DNA of 64,000 nt from a virus, in IMG/VR virus record IMGVR_UViG_3300042154_001567, positions 1-64,000 of that record; one strand, written 5' to 3'. A program made the position numbers and the translations under genes. Position 1 is the stretch's first letter. Every line of letters starts with the position of its first letter. Of this stretch, positions 16,257 to 26,958 are shown one piece after another. Under the pieces are notes generated by a model that was given only the letters and a program-made list of their open reading frames with translations, had not been told where the DNA came from and ran no database searches.

Positions 16257-19004
16257 ATGAAAGTACTTAATGCAATGCAGTTAAAGGCTGGTGCAAAAAA
16301 AACTGAAGGACCTACCTTTTCTAGTTTAACGCAACCTATTCAATTTTTACCTTATTCTGAAAAAACAGATGATTGGGCCGCTTGGAATTTAGATTGGTTA
16401 GAACTCCAAGGTATTCAATTTTTAAAACTTAATGCCAGAAGACTTTTAAAAAATTACAAATTAGCCAAAGGAATCATAGATAAAACAGACTATATAGTTG
16501 AACCTGATAATGACTATAAAGATTTAATGGATGTTTTAACTAAAGAAAATGATTCAGCTTTAGAACTTAAATTTTATCCTATCATCCCAAATGTAATTAA
16601 TGTATTAAGTGGGGAGTTTTCTAAAAGATACAATAAAGTACAATTCAGAGCAGTTGATGATAGATCTTATAATGAAATGCTTGAGCAAAAGAGAATGCAA
16701 GTTGAAGAAGCTTTACTTGCAGATGCTGAAAGAAATTTAGTACAAAAGATGATTCAAATGGGTTTAGATCCATCATCTGATGAAGCTAAACAACAACTTG
16801 CTCCTGAAAATATTAAAACATTACCTGAAATTGAAGACTTTTTTAGTAAGTCATATAGAAGTTCTGTAGAAGAATGGGCAACCCATCAATTAAATGTTGA
16901 TGAAGAAAGATTCAAAATGCAAGAGCTTGAAGAAAGAGGCTTTAGGGATATGCTTATTGCTGATAGAGAGTTCTGGCATTTCCGTATGTTAGAAGATGAT
17001 TATGATATTGAATTATGGAATCCTGTTTTAACATTCTACCAAAAGTCTCCAGATCAAAGATATATTTCTGACTCAGCATATGTTGGTAAAGTAGATTTGA
17101 TGACAGTATCTGACGTTGTAGATAAATATGGATATTTAATGAGCCAAGAACAATTGGAATCATTACAAAGAATTTATCCAGCAAGATCAGCTCAGTATCA
17201 AGTTAATGGATATCAAAATGATGGTTCTTACTATGATGCAACAAGATCACACGCATGGAATACTAATTCACCAGGTTTAGCTTATAGACAATATACAAGT
17301 AATTACATGGCAGATCCTGCCAGAGGTGGTGATATATTAAATCAAATTTTAGGAGAGAGTGAAGACTTAGCTTATTTTGGTGATGGTAATTTAATGAGAG
17401 TTTCTACAATTTATTGGAAGACTCAAAGAAAAATTGGACATCTTACTAAGATAGAATTTGATGGTGAAGTAACTCAAGAGATAGTTGATGAAACATTTAA
17501 AGTAACAGAAAAACCTGTTTATGATACATCAATCTTCAAAAATAAAACAAAAGATACTTTACTACAAGGAGAACATCTTGATTGGATTTGGATTAATGAA
17601 ATCTGGGGTGGTGTAAAAGTAGGACCAAATGTACCTGCTATGTGGAAAAGTTCTACAAGTAGTGAAATTAATCCTATTTATTTAGGTATTAATAGAACTA
17701 AACCGGGAAGACTACCATTCCAATTTAAAGGAAATAATTCTTTATATGGTTGCAAGTTACCTGTAGAGGGTAGAGTATTCTCTGATAGAAATACAAGATC
17801 TACTTCTTTGGTAGATTTAATGAAAGCATACCAAGTTGGATACAATATGGTTAATAATCAGATTGCTGATATCTTAATTGATGAATTAGGTACAGTAATT
17901 ATGTTTGACCAGAATGCATTACCACGTCACTCAATGGGTGAAGATTGGGGTAAAAACAATTATGCCAAAGCATATGTAGCTATGAAGGATTTCCAAATGC
18001 TTCCTCTTGATACTTCAATTACTAATACAGAAAATGCAGTAAACTTCCAACACTACCAGACTCTAAACATGGAGCAAACTAGTAGATTGATGAGTAGAAT
18101 ACAATTAGCTAATTATTTTAAACAACAATGTTTTGATGCAATTGGTATTAACCCACAGAGATTGGGTGGTGCTGTATCAGCAGAAACAGCTACTGGAGTA
18201 ATGAATGCAATGCAACAATCATATGCTCAAACAGAAATTTATTTTGTACAGCATTCTGATCAGTTAATGCCAAGAGTACATCAAATGAGAACAGACTTAG
18301 CTCAGTTCTATTATAGTACCAATCCAAGTGTAAGATTAAGTTATATCTCTACGGAAGCAGATAAGGTAAACTTTACAATCAATGGTACAGATCTTTTATT
18401 AAGAGATTTCAATGTATTTGCTACAACTAAAACAAATCATAGAGCTATTCTTGAACAGTTAAAGCAAATGGCATTAACTAATAACACAACAGGTGCTAGT
18501 ATATATGAACTAGGTAATATTGTTAAAGCAGATTCTATTGGTGAAGTAACAGATATCTTAAAAGATTCTGAAGCAAGAATAACAGCTCAGAGACAAGAAG
18601 AAATGCAACAACAACGTCAAATGCAAGAACAACAGTTACAAGCACAGGCGCAGGAAGCTCAAATGAAAACACAGATGCTACAAGTAGAAGCTGAAAAGGA
18701 TAGACAGAATGATATTACTATTGCTGAAATTAGAGCTGCTGGGTATGGTGCCGGTGTAGATATAAATAAAAATGAGGTAAATGATTACCAAGATGCATTA
18801 AAGGATATTCAACAAACAACTCAATATAGAGAACAAATGAATATGAAACGTGAGGAGATGGTAAGTAAGTCATCTACAGAAGCACAGAAACTTCAAGTTG
18901 AAAGAGAAAGAATTGCAGCACAAACACAAATAGCAAAAACACAGTTAGATATAGCCATACAGAATAAAAACAAGTATGATACTAAAAAACCAAAAGATAA
19001 ATAG
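16257..19004 (+). CDS. Portal protein
   Basis: 915 aa directly after TerL; YPIIPNVINVLSGE; Gln-rich coiled-coil C-terminus typical of podovirus portals. Confidence 0.88.
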   Translation: MKVLNAMQLKAGAKKTEGPTFSSLTQPIQFLPYSEKTDDWAAWNLDWLELQGIQFLKLNARRLLKNYKLAKGIIDKTDYIVEPDNDYKDLMDVLTKENDSALELKFYPIIPNVINVLSGEFSKRYNKVQFRAVDDRSYNEMLEQKRMQVEEALLADAERNLVQKMIQMGLDPSSDEAKQQLAPENIKTLPEIEDFFSKSYRSSVEEWATHQLNVDEERFKMQELEERGFRDMLIADREFWHFRMLEDDYDIELWNPVLTFYQKSPDQRYISDSAYVGKVDLMTVSDVVDKYGYLMSQEQLESLQRIYPARSAQYQVNGYQNDGSYYDATRSHAWNTNSPGLAYRQYTSNYMADPARGGDILNQILGESEDLAYFGDGNLMRVSTIYWKTQRKIGHLTKIEFDGEVTQEIVDETFKVTEKPVYDTSIFKNKTKDTLLQGEHLDWIWINEIWGGVKVGPNVPAMWKSSTSSEINPIYLGINRTKPGRLPFQFKGNNSLYGCKLPVEGRVFSDRNTRSTSLVDLMKAYQVGYNMVNNQIADILIDELGTVIMFDQNALPRHSMGEDWGKNNYAKAYVAMKDFQMLPLDTSITNTENAVNFQHYQTLNMEQTSRLMSRIQLANYFKQQCFDAIGINPQRLGGAVSAETATGVMNAMQQSYAQTEIYFVQHSDQLMPRVHQMRTDLAQFYYSTNPSVRLSYISTEADKVNFTINGTDLLLRDFNVFATTKTNHRAILEQLKQMALTNNTTGASIYELGNIVKADSIGEVTDILKDSEARITAQRQEEMQQQRQMQEQQLQAQAQEAQMKTQMLQVEAEKDRQNDITIAEIRAAGYGAGVDINKNEVNDYQDALKDIQQTTQYREQMNMKREEMVSKSSTEAQKLQVERERIAAQTQIAKTQLDIAIQNKNKYDTKKPKDK

Positions 19005-19133
19005 TTTGCGTTAGCTATATACTGCAAAAAACTTTGCAATATTATCAAATATAATAAGTTTAGCATGATGCAAACTAATTAAAGATTTACTATATTATAT
19101 ATATAAAGTATTAATTATTAAACCAACAATAAG

Positions 19134-20432
19134 ATGAGTACCAAAAACAACGCAATGAGTAGTAATGTAGAGACTTTAGATATTGATTTAGATACAATAT
19201 TCAATGCAGCACCCAGCGGTGATGACATGACTTTGCCATCTGGAAAAGATACTAAAGCTACAAATAACATTTTTTCAGGAATAAATAAAAAAGCAGATTT
19301 TTCATTTGCTGATCCAGATGCAGATGATGCAGATAATTTAACTGATAAAGGTAAAACTCCAACATCAAGTGCAGATCTTCTTGCAGATGATGAAGATGAG
19401 ACTACACCTAAACCAACTAAAGAAGACGGTAAAAGCATTCTTGAAAGTTTAGGTGATGAAGATGATGAAGAAAAAAAAGAAACTAGAGGTAGAAAATCTA
19501 TTTCTGGAATTTCAGATGTCTTCTCAAAAATGATTAAAGAAGATAAATTAGTACCTTTTGATGATGAAAAATCTTTTGATGAATATACAGCAAAGGATTG
19601 GGAAGAATTAATTGAAGCTAATTTGGAAGAAAAAGCTAATCAAGTAAGACGTGAAACACCTAAACAGTTTTTTGCTAGCTTACCTGAAGAGTTACAAATT
19701 GCAGCAAGATACGTGGCAGATGGTGGTACTGACTTAAAAGGTTTGTTTTCTACTTTAGGTCAAGTAGAAGAAACTAAGGATTTAGATATTAAATCTGAAA
19801 GAGATCAAGAGATTATTATTAAAGAGTATTTAAATGCTACTGGTTATGGTACTTCTGATGAGATTGCTGAAGAAATTGAAATTTGGAAAGATTTAGGAAA
19901 ACTTGAACAACAAGCTGCTAAGTTTAAACCAAAGTTGGATAAGATGGCAGAACAAATTGTTATCAAGAAAGTGCAAGAGCAACAACTAAAACAAAAACAA
20001 CAAGAACAAGCATCTAAAGCTTATATGCAAAATGTATATGATACTTTAAAAGATGGCAACTTGGGAGACATTAAAGTTGATAGAAAAACTCAAGCAATGT
20101 TGTATAATGGTTTAGTTCAACCAAGTTATCCTTCAGTAAGTGGAAGGAATACAAATCTATTAGGACATCTATTAGAGAAGTATCAATTTGTAGAACCAAA
20201 TTATAAATTAATATCAGAAGCATTATGGTTATTGCAAGATCCAGAAGGATATAAAGCAAAGATCATGGATAAAGGAGCTCAACAAAGTATTGAGCAAACA
20301 GTAAGAAAACTAAAAACAGAACAGGGTAACCATAGTTCAAGTTCTCTTGGGATTCAAGATAAAGATGAAGAAACAAGAAAACAACCAACTAAAAAATTAC
20401 CTAGAACCAATAACATTTTCAAAAGGATTTAA
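19134..20432 (+). CDS. Scaffold-like acidic protein
   Basis: Acidic disordered N-terminus plus coiled coil; lies between portal and MCP. Confidence 0.7.
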   Translation: MSTKNNAMSSNVETLDIDLDTIFNAAPSGDDMTLPSGKDTKATNNIFSGINKKADFSFADPDADDADNLTDKGKTPTSSADLLADDEDETTPKPTKEDGKSILESLGDEDDEEKKETRGRKSISGISDVFSKMIKEDKLVPFDDEKSFDEYTAKDWEELIEANLEEKANQVRRETPKQFFASLPEELQIAARYVADGGTDLKGLFSTLGQVEETKDLDIKSERDQEIIIKEYLNATGYGTSDEIAEEIEIWKDLGKLEQQAAKFKPKLDKMAEQIVIKKVQEQQLKQKQQEQASKAYMQNVYDTLKDGNLGDIKVDRKTQAMLYNGLVQPSYPSVSGRNTNLLGHLLEKYQFVEPNYKLISEALWLLQDPEGYKAKIMDKGAQQSIEQTVRKLKTEQGNHSSSSLGIQDKDEETRKQPTKKLPRTNNIFKRI

Positions 20433-20477
20433 CAATCAAAAATATAAATAATTAATAACTAAAAACAATTTAAAATT

Positions 20478-22094
20478 ATGGCAACTCCAGTATTAAATAA
20501 TGGGATTTTCCTAAGAGACACTAGCTACAAAGCAAGTTCTCATGTAGATTCTTATCACTTGACTCAGATGCTTGGTTCAGCAGAACCAATGGATATGGGA
20601 CCAATTGATTTATGGGCAATGACTCAAAAAGTTGAAATGCCTCTTTATCAAATGGCTTCATTTGGTGGAAAGAACACTATCATGGTGGACAATGCTCGTG
20701 GTGAGTACAAATGGCAAACTCCTATTGCGCAAGATCTTCCATACATTGTGGCAGACATTGAACCAGCTAACGCTTCTAAAGGTGTAGATGGTACAACATT
20801 CAAAATTAAAATTTCTAAAAGAACATTTGGACATGGTGATATTATCACTTATGACAAGTACAATGGTTTAGAACTTTACATCACAGCTGATGATATCATC
20901 CCTGCTGGTGACGGTTTTATCTATACTGTTCAATTAGTAAACAACAACAACGTAGCTAGCTTAGATAATAAGTATTTAGCTAAAGGTACTAAATTCTTCA
21001 GAAAAGGTTCTGCAAGAGGTGAGTACGGAGAAAGATTTTCTGACATTGAAACAGGTTCTGGTTTCCGTGAATTCTACAACTTTGTAGGAGGAGCTGAAGC
21101 ACACGTACATTATTCTATTTCTAGCCGTGCTGATCTTATGATCAAAGGTGGTTTGAATGCAGATGGTACTGTACCTGTAACTGAAATCTGGAGAAACTTT
21201 GGTGCTAACAATGATCCTGCTGTACCTAGTATTGAAGGATTAATTGCTAACATGGGTAAAGCTGGTGCAAGAGAAGCATTTGAAAATGGTTCATTGACTA
21301 GAACATTTATCACTAACATGGAAGCTGCGCATTTATCAAAAATTGCTTCTGACATTGAAACTTACTTAATGTGGGGTAAAGGTGGTAGAATCAAACAAGA
21401 TGGTCCAGATGATATTAGATTATCTGTGGGATTATGGGCACAGTTGGATAACTCATTCAAAAGAGTTTACAACAAGTCTTCTTTCACACTTGATATGTTT
21501 AAATCTGAATTGTATAACTTCTACCAAGGTAAAGTTGAGTTCAAAGGTCCAGATCCACAAAGATCACTTGTTGTTCAAACAGGTATTGGTGGTATGCAAT
21601 TGATCAACAAAGCTATTGCTGATGAAGTATATGGTTCTGGTTTAGTACAAAATGCTAGTGATATTGGAGCTGTTAAAGGTTCTGGAATGGATCTAGATTA
21701 TGGATTTGCTTACACTTCATTTACTATTCCTTTCTTAGCTAACGTTAAGTTTGTATTGAACCCAGCGTTTGATAACTTGAATACTAATGATATTGAGAAT
21801 CCATTAATTGATGGTCGTCCATTAAGTTCTTATAGCTTTATTATCTTTGACGTAACAGATGAAGGAAATGATAACATCCATTTATTGAAATTATCTTGGG
21901 ATAATCAATTGAAATGGTTCTACCAAAATGGAACTATGGATTATATGGGAAGAACTCAAGGTTTTGCATCTACAGGTAACTTTAATGGATACCGTGTAAT
22001 GATGTCACAAACTATGCCTGCTATCTGGGTTAAAGATCCAACTAAAGTCTTAAAAATTGTAATGAGAAACCCAATTACTGGTGGATCATTCTAA
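20478..22094 (+). CDS. Major capsid protein
   Basis: 538 aa; syntenic position; high-expression codon bias; followed by a strong terminator. Confidence 0.85.
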   Translation: MATPVLNNGIFLRDTSYKASSHVDSYHLTQMLGSAEPMDMGPIDLWAMTQKVEMPLYQMASFGGKNTIMVDNARGEYKWQTPIAQDLPYIVADIEPANASKGVDGTTFKIKISKRTFGHGDIITYDKYNGLELYITADDIIPAGDGFIYTVQLVNNNNVASLDNKYLAKGTKFFRKGSARGEYGERFSDIETGSGFREFYNFVGGAEAHVHYSISSRADLMIKGGLNADGTVPVTEIWRNFGANNDPAVPSIEGLIANMGKAGAREAFENGSLTRTFITNMEAAHLSKIASDIETYLMWGKGGRIKQDGPDDIRLSVGLWAQLDNSFKRVYNKSSFTLDMFKSELYNFYQGKVEFKGPDPQRSLVVQTGIGGMQLINKAIADEVYGSGLVQNASDIGAVKGSGMDLDYGFAYTSFTIPFLANVKFVLNPAFDNLNTNDIENPLIDGRPLSSYSFIIFDVTDEGNDNIHLLKLSWDNQLKWFYQNGTMDYMGRTQGFASTGNFNGYRVMMSQTMPAIWVKDPTKVLKIVMRNPITGGSF

Positions 22095-22111
22095 TAATCA
22101 ATAATTAAAAC

Positions 22112-22140
22112 GGGAGGGGTTAACGCTCCTCCCTTTTTTT
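22112..22140 (+). terminator. Intrinsic terminator
   Basis: GGGAGGGG..CTCCTCCC followed by T7. Confidence 0.85.
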
Positions 22141-22160
22141 AATCTTTAAAAAAAAATAAA

Positions 22161-22361
22161 ATGGCACTAGATATAAAAAAAGCAAATAAAACATATGAGT
22201 TTTCAAACTTAAATGTTTCTGAGATTATTGCTTCAAAAGCTGTAGGTAAAGATATATTGGTTAGAAATTATGTAGATAATGCTGCAGCAAAAGCAGTAGG
22301 ATTAGTTAATGGAGATTTGTATCACACAGATGGAGTATTAAAAATTGTTTACGCGGCTTAA
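22161..22361 (+). CDS. Small putative virion protein
   Basis: Y.DNAAA.A.GL..GDLY...GVLKIV motif of phage structural proteins. Confidence 0.65.
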   Translation: MALDIKKANKTYEFSNLNVSEIIASKAVGKDILVRNYVDNAAAKAVGLVNGDLYHTDGVLKIVYAA

Positions 22362-22484
22362 GTCAAATAAACTGGAGTAAGAATAAAAAACTTACTTTAG
22401 AAATATTAATAATAATAATTTGTACATAATTATGTACTTTTGACTATGAAAAAACAATTATTAAATTTTAAAGAAAACCAAATT

Positions 22485-23501
22485 ATGAATGATTACACAA
22501 TTGTAGAAAAGTATCAGCAAACAAAAAATCAAACTATTGCTATACGTCCCTATTTTAACTCTTCTAAAGAGAACATGGGTTTAGAGCATTATGGATTAGC
22601 TTTGCATGATGGAGTATTTCATGAAGAAACATTAGCTTGTTTAGAAATGAATGGAGTTAAACGTTATGTTACAGGATTAAATGAATTTGCTCCTGATGTA
22701 AAAATGTTACCTCCAAAAGAAAAAGAAGCTAAAGTAAAAGAAATTAGAACTATTGTTGCTCAATTAGAAGCAGAATTAGCAGCTAATGTTGTTGCTATTG
22801 ATGACAAAGATTTTTGGAATAAGCTTACAGTAATGAAGCCTGATAATTCAAAATTTTGGGATAAGATTAGTTTAAGATGTGGTAATGATCCTGTTTTTTT
22901 AGATCCACAAAAAGATCCTTATGACTTAATTAAATTACATGCTATTCACGCAGGAGGTTTTTCTATTGTAGCAAAATCATTAAGAGAAGCAAGAGAATCA
23001 GGTAATCCACCTAAATTCTATCTTGATACAATGGAAGAAACATTAAGTACTAGAACAGAACTTAGTAAATTAAAAAATAAAGCATTAGTTGAACTACAAA
23101 AAATGTATGATTCAAATGCTTCAAAATTAATGTATGTTGCTAAAATCTGTGATGCTGATAGTGTACAGTATGTAAAAAATACACCTAATGATATTCTTTA
23201 TGAAAACATGGATGAATACATTCATGGAAATGGAGCTGAATCTTCTAAGAAAAGAGCTGCTTCACAATTCTTAGAAATATCTGGGTTATCAATGGAAGAA
23301 TTAAAAATAAGAGCTTTAATTAAAGACTCTTTATATTATAGATTTATTACTACTAAAGCTGGAGGTTGGATTGAACCAATTGATAGTGGAATAAGATTAG
23401 GTAAATCACCATCTGAATGTTTGGAATTTTTAAAGAATCCAGAGAATGAAGAAACATTGATGGCATTACTTAATAAAGTAGAGCCATACTGGAACTCTTA
23501 A
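22485..23501 (+). CDS. Conserved capsid-block protein
   Basis: Likely ATG at 22485; position downstream of MCP. Confidence 0.7.
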   Translation: MNDYTIVEKYQQTKNQTIAIRPYFNSSKENMGLEHYGLALHDGVFHEETLACLEMNGVKRYVTGLNEFAPDVKMLPPKEKEAKVKEIRTIVAQLEAELAANVVAIDDKDFWNKLTVMKPDNSKFWDKISLRCGNDPVFLDPQKDPYDLIKLHAIHAGGFSIVAKSLREARESGNPPKFYLDTMEETLSTRTELSKLKNKALVELQKMYDSNASKLMYVAKICDADSVQYVKNTPNDILYENMDEYIHGNGAESSKKRAASQFLEISGLSMEELKIRALIKDSLYYRFITTKAGGWIEPIDSGIRLGKSPSECLEFLKNPENEETLMALLNKVEPYWNS

Positions 23502-23511
23502 AAGATAAAAA

Positions 23512-24219
23512 ATGGATAATAATACGCTCTTAATTAAATTAAAGCAAAGACTAAATAAACTAGATAGCCAGGACTATGATAATATAGAATGTTGGCAATT
23601 TGTTGAAGCGTTTAATAAAGTACAGATAGACTGGTGCAGAAGAAATTTGCACGGAGGTAATATGTACAAAGAGGGTGATGAATTATCTAAAAGAAGAATT
23701 GATGATTTACAACCCCTGTTAAGAGAGTTATCTTTAACAGGAGTTGTAACTGATCAGTATTTTGAAACAGATAACTTTCCAGTAAGTACTTATTTAGAAT
23801 ACAAAAGAGTAAGCACTGATGCTACAAGTGAATGTTGTCCTGATCCTAGATCAATGACTGTATATTTAGCTGAAGAAGCTAATGTTTCTGTATTATTAAG
23901 AGATCCGTTGAAAGATCCAAACTTTGAGTGGGGTGAAACATTTTGTACAATGTTAGGAAACAAGATCAGAATCTATAGAAAACCAGATTTTAATATTGTA
24001 AATCCTGTATTGACTTATTATCAAAAACCTATCTATATACAAATACTAGGGTGTGTTGATCCGTACACAGGTGTAGTTAGTACAACTAATATACCTTGTC
24101 AGTTTAAAGATGACGTTGTTGAGGTATTATTAGATGATACGGCTTCACTTATTGCAGGAGATATAGAGAACATTTATCAACAACAAAGGGGCCAAGGTTC
24201 TGCTGAAAGAAATAATTAA
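23512..24219 (+). CDS. Head-tail adaptor / tail ring protein
   Basis: LNKLDSQDY..I......FN..Q N-terminus, YY.KP, helical C-terminus. Confidence 0.65.
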   Translation: MDNNTLLIKLKQRLNKLDSQDYDNIECWQFVEAFNKVQIDWCRRNLHGGNMYKEGDELSKRRIDDLQPLLRELSLTGVVTDQYFETDNFPVSTYLEYKRVSTDATSECCPDPRSMTVYLAEEANVSVLLRDPLKDPNFEWGETFCTMLGNKIRIYRKPDFNIVNPVLTYYQKPIYIQILGCVDPYTGVVSTTNIPCQFKDDVVEVLLDDTASLIAGDIENIYQQQRGQGSAERNN

Positions 24220-24221
24220 TT

Positions 24222-24668
24222 ATGAGAGCATTAAAAACTACTAACACTGAAGAAAAAAGTGAAAAAACTTTAAAAAGACCCAATGCTGAATTAGGTCAAG
24301 AAACAGCTCAAGTGGTTACAGCTTTAATGAATGCAGCTACTAGTTTGCATAAATTACATTTACAACTTACTGGAGTTGGTTCATATGCACAACACATAGC
24401 TTTAAATGAGTTATATGATACAATGCATGGGCATGCGGATACATTAGCTGAAGGATTTCAAGGAGCATCAGAAACATTGTTAAAATATGAAAATGATGCA
24501 CCTATAGTATTAAATAGTGTGAAAGAGGCTATTGTATATTTAAGAGAATTAACTGAAGAAGTAGTAGAATTACAATCAATTATGCCTTACTCAGAGATTG
24601 TAAATAATCTAGATCTTGTAAAAGATTCAATTAACTCAACAAAATATAAATTAATTTTCTTATCATAA
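24222..24668 (+). CDS. Dps/ferritin-like protein
   Basis: HKLH..LTG..SYAQH.AL.ELYD.....D.LAE..QG; ends KYKL.FL. Confidence 0.8.
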   Translation: MRALKTTNTEEKSEKTLKRPNAELGQETAQVVTALMNAATSLHKLHLQLTGVGSYAQHIALNELYDTMHGHADTLAEGFQGASETLLKYENDAPIVLNSVKEAIVYLRELTEEVVELQSIMPYSEIVNNLDLVKDSINSTKYKLIFLS

Positions 24669-24752
24669 TTAGAAATTAAAAACTTTTGCTTATATTATAC
24701 ATGTACACGTAGTACAAATTTATATATTTATTAACAATAAAAAACAAAAATT

Positions 24753-26216
24753 ATGGCTTATTTCAATCATGCGTTTTACAAAACGTTTGTTGCAACTTCT
24801 ACTCAGGCTTCTGCCGGAACTGCAACCTCAGCATTAACTGCTGGACAGCTTGGTTTAGTTACTGATTCAACATGGCAAACAATTGCTATTTCTGGAGGTA
24901 CTTTACCCGCTAATTCATTGGCTTATCTTGTACAAGGTAGCTATTACACTAAAGATACTATTGGAAACAATCCAGGTAACGGTGGTTACAAGGAATCTGT
25001 TAAATCAAAAGGTATCAATCCTAAATTTATTTCAAGAGTATGGGTTACCAATTGTTTATTGGCTCAACAATCTACTGCTTCTTTGTCATTAGCATCTAAT
25101 TGTGCTCCTTGTGGAAAAACTCAATTCATGAGAATGGATGTTAAGGGTTCTCCAACATTGCGTTTCTTAAATCACAATGCTTATTCTATTGGTGATAGTG
25201 CAAACATTTGCTGTATTGATGGACAAGAATTTTTAGATCCAGCATTAGTTTCTGCTACTATGGCTCAAATGGTTCTTGCTAATCCTTTAATTAAACCATT
25301 TGTTGCTGAAGGTGACGTTGATGGTGTATTGACTGCTACATTAGTTGGTGGTTCTGGATATTCTGTTACTTCTGGTGTTGCTACTACTGGTGGTTCTGGA
25401 TCAGGATTTAAAGTTAATATTTTAACTGTATCTTCTGGTGCTATTGCTACTTATAGTGTTGCTGCACGTGGTGCTGGATATGTAGTAGGTGATGTATTAA
25501 CAGTTGCTGGTGGAACTGGTGGAACTTTAACAGTTACAGCTCTTACTGCTGGTGGTGTTGTAGTTACTGCAACTACTGGTACTGTAAGTGTACAATCTGT
25601 ATATACTATTGCTCAAACTTTAGGTACAGCTGGTTCTGGAAACTATGTTCCTTCAACTGATCCTAATGGTACAACTAAAATTAGTGCTACAGTTAATTTT
25701 GTAGGAGCTTATGTTGATACTAAATTTGGTAACTGTTCATTTGATACTAGAGATCATTTTAACGCTGAACCTGTAGTTATCATTGCTTCTATTCTTGATG
25801 AAACTGGAAATCCATGTAATGATTGTGGTGTTGCTACAAGCACTCCTGGTCAAATGCAACAAACTCAAGGTGAAAACGTAGTTAGAGATTTAATCTTATC
25901 TGAATCATACAGACAATCTCCTTTCAATCAAGGAAATGTTGATAGTGCGAGAATCAGAGAAATTGAAATGTCTGATGAGCTTTTAGCTGCTGTTGATAGA
26001 TCTGCTATTTACAAAGCATACTATATTCAACATACTGTTCCAAGATTTAACAACCCAAGTGGTGTGTTTGATAATGATCAATATGTTTACCAAATATATG
26101 TAAAATGCTCTGATACAACCGCTAACACAAATGTATTAGCTTTAGTTAACAAAGTAGTTGCTTTAGCAAATACTGCTGGTAATAACATTGCATTAGAAAC
26201 TAATTCTTACTGGTAA
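24753..26216 (+). CDS. Abundant structural protein (auxiliary capsid/decoration candidate)
   Basis: High-expression codons, own promoter-like motif and terminator; Gly/Thr-rich insert. Confidence 0.6.
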   Translation: MAYFNHAFYKTFVATSTQASAGTATSALTAGQLGLVTDSTWQTIAISGGTLPANSLAYLVQGSYYTKDTIGNNPGNGGYKESVKSKGINPKFISRVWVTNCLLAQQSTASLSLASNCAPCGKTQFMRMDVKGSPTLRFLNHNAYSIGDSANICCIDGQEFLDPALVSATMAQMVLANPLIKPFVAEGDVDGVLTATLVGGSGYSVTSGVATTGGSGSGFKVNILTVSSGAIATYSVAARGAGYVVGDVLTVAGGTGGTLTVTALTAGGVVVTATTGTVSVQSVYTIAQTLGTAGSGNYVPSTDPNGTTKISATVNFVGAYVDTKFGNCSFDTRDHFNAEPVVIIASILDETGNPCNDCGVATSTPGQMQQTQGENVVRDLILSESYRQSPFNQGNVDSARIREIEMSDELLAAVDRSAIYKAYYIQHTVPRFNNPSGVFDNDQYVYQIYVKCSDTTANTNVLALVNKVVALANTAGNNIALETNSYW

Positions 26217-26251
26217 TCAATATACCTTAGAAAGATTATTCTATTAAAATT

Positions 26252-26287
26252 AGAGTAGGGGGTAAAAACTCCTACTCTTTTTTTTTT
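26252..26287 (+). terminator. Intrinsic terminator
   Basis: AGAGTAGGGG..CTCCTACTCT followed by a long T run. Confidence 0.85.
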
Positions 26288-26343
26288 CTTTGTTCTATTT
26301 TTTTTGTATATTATATATATAGTGTATAAAAACAAATATAAAA

Positions 26344-26916
26344 ATGGCTGACAAACATATATTAAGCTTAGAAATACCAACGGTATCTAACTGCAATCTT
26401 TTATGTATTAAAGATACTAGTCAGTATTCTTCAGAATTAGCTGTTGATTGTGAAGAATTATTAATAACACTTCCTGGATTTACAGTACCTATGTTACTAA
26501 AAGTAACAAAAGAATTTGATATGTGTTTAACTGCATGTACACTTGCAATACAAAAAGTTAATTGTGGTACTGTACAACAAGAAATTCCTGATGGTATTTA
26601 TGTTATTAGATATAGTGTTTCTCCAAATTTAAAAGTTTATGTTGAATACAATCACTTAAGAGTAAGCAGATTAATGACAAAATACTATGAAGTATTATGT
26701 GATATAGATGTTCAAGCATGTCAACCTCAATCATCTAAACAAGATTTATTAAATGAAATGGGTTACATTAAAATTATGATTGATGCTGCTGTAGCTAATG
26801 TTGAATATTCTCAATCTCCAGCTCAAGGTATGCAATTGTATAATTATGCAAAAGATAGATTAAATAAAGTAATTTGTCCATCAGGAAATTGTGGTGGACG
26901 TACATACCTATACTAA
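26344..26916 (+). CDS. Cys-rich structural protein (tail hub/fibre attachment candidate)
   Basis: PDGIY.I.YSV.P motif; precedes the fibre genes. Confidence 0.6.
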   Translation: MADKHILSLEIPTVSNCNLLCIKDTSQYSSELAVDCEELLITLPGFTVPMLLKVTKEFDMCLTACTLAIQKVNCGTVQQEIPDGIYVIRYSVSPNLKVYVEYNHLRVSRLMTKYYEVLCDIDVQACQPQSSKQDLLNEMGYIKIMIDAAVANVEYSQSPAQGMQLYNYAKDRLNKVICPSGNCGGRTYLY

Positions 26917-26958
26917 TAGTGTATTATAAATATTTAAATAAACCAAAAATAAATTATT

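Noticed and set aside
14049-22094. Introns or inteins in TerL, portal or MCP
   Set aside because: The ORFs are continuous, of plausible size, and show no intein or homing-endonuclease motifs.
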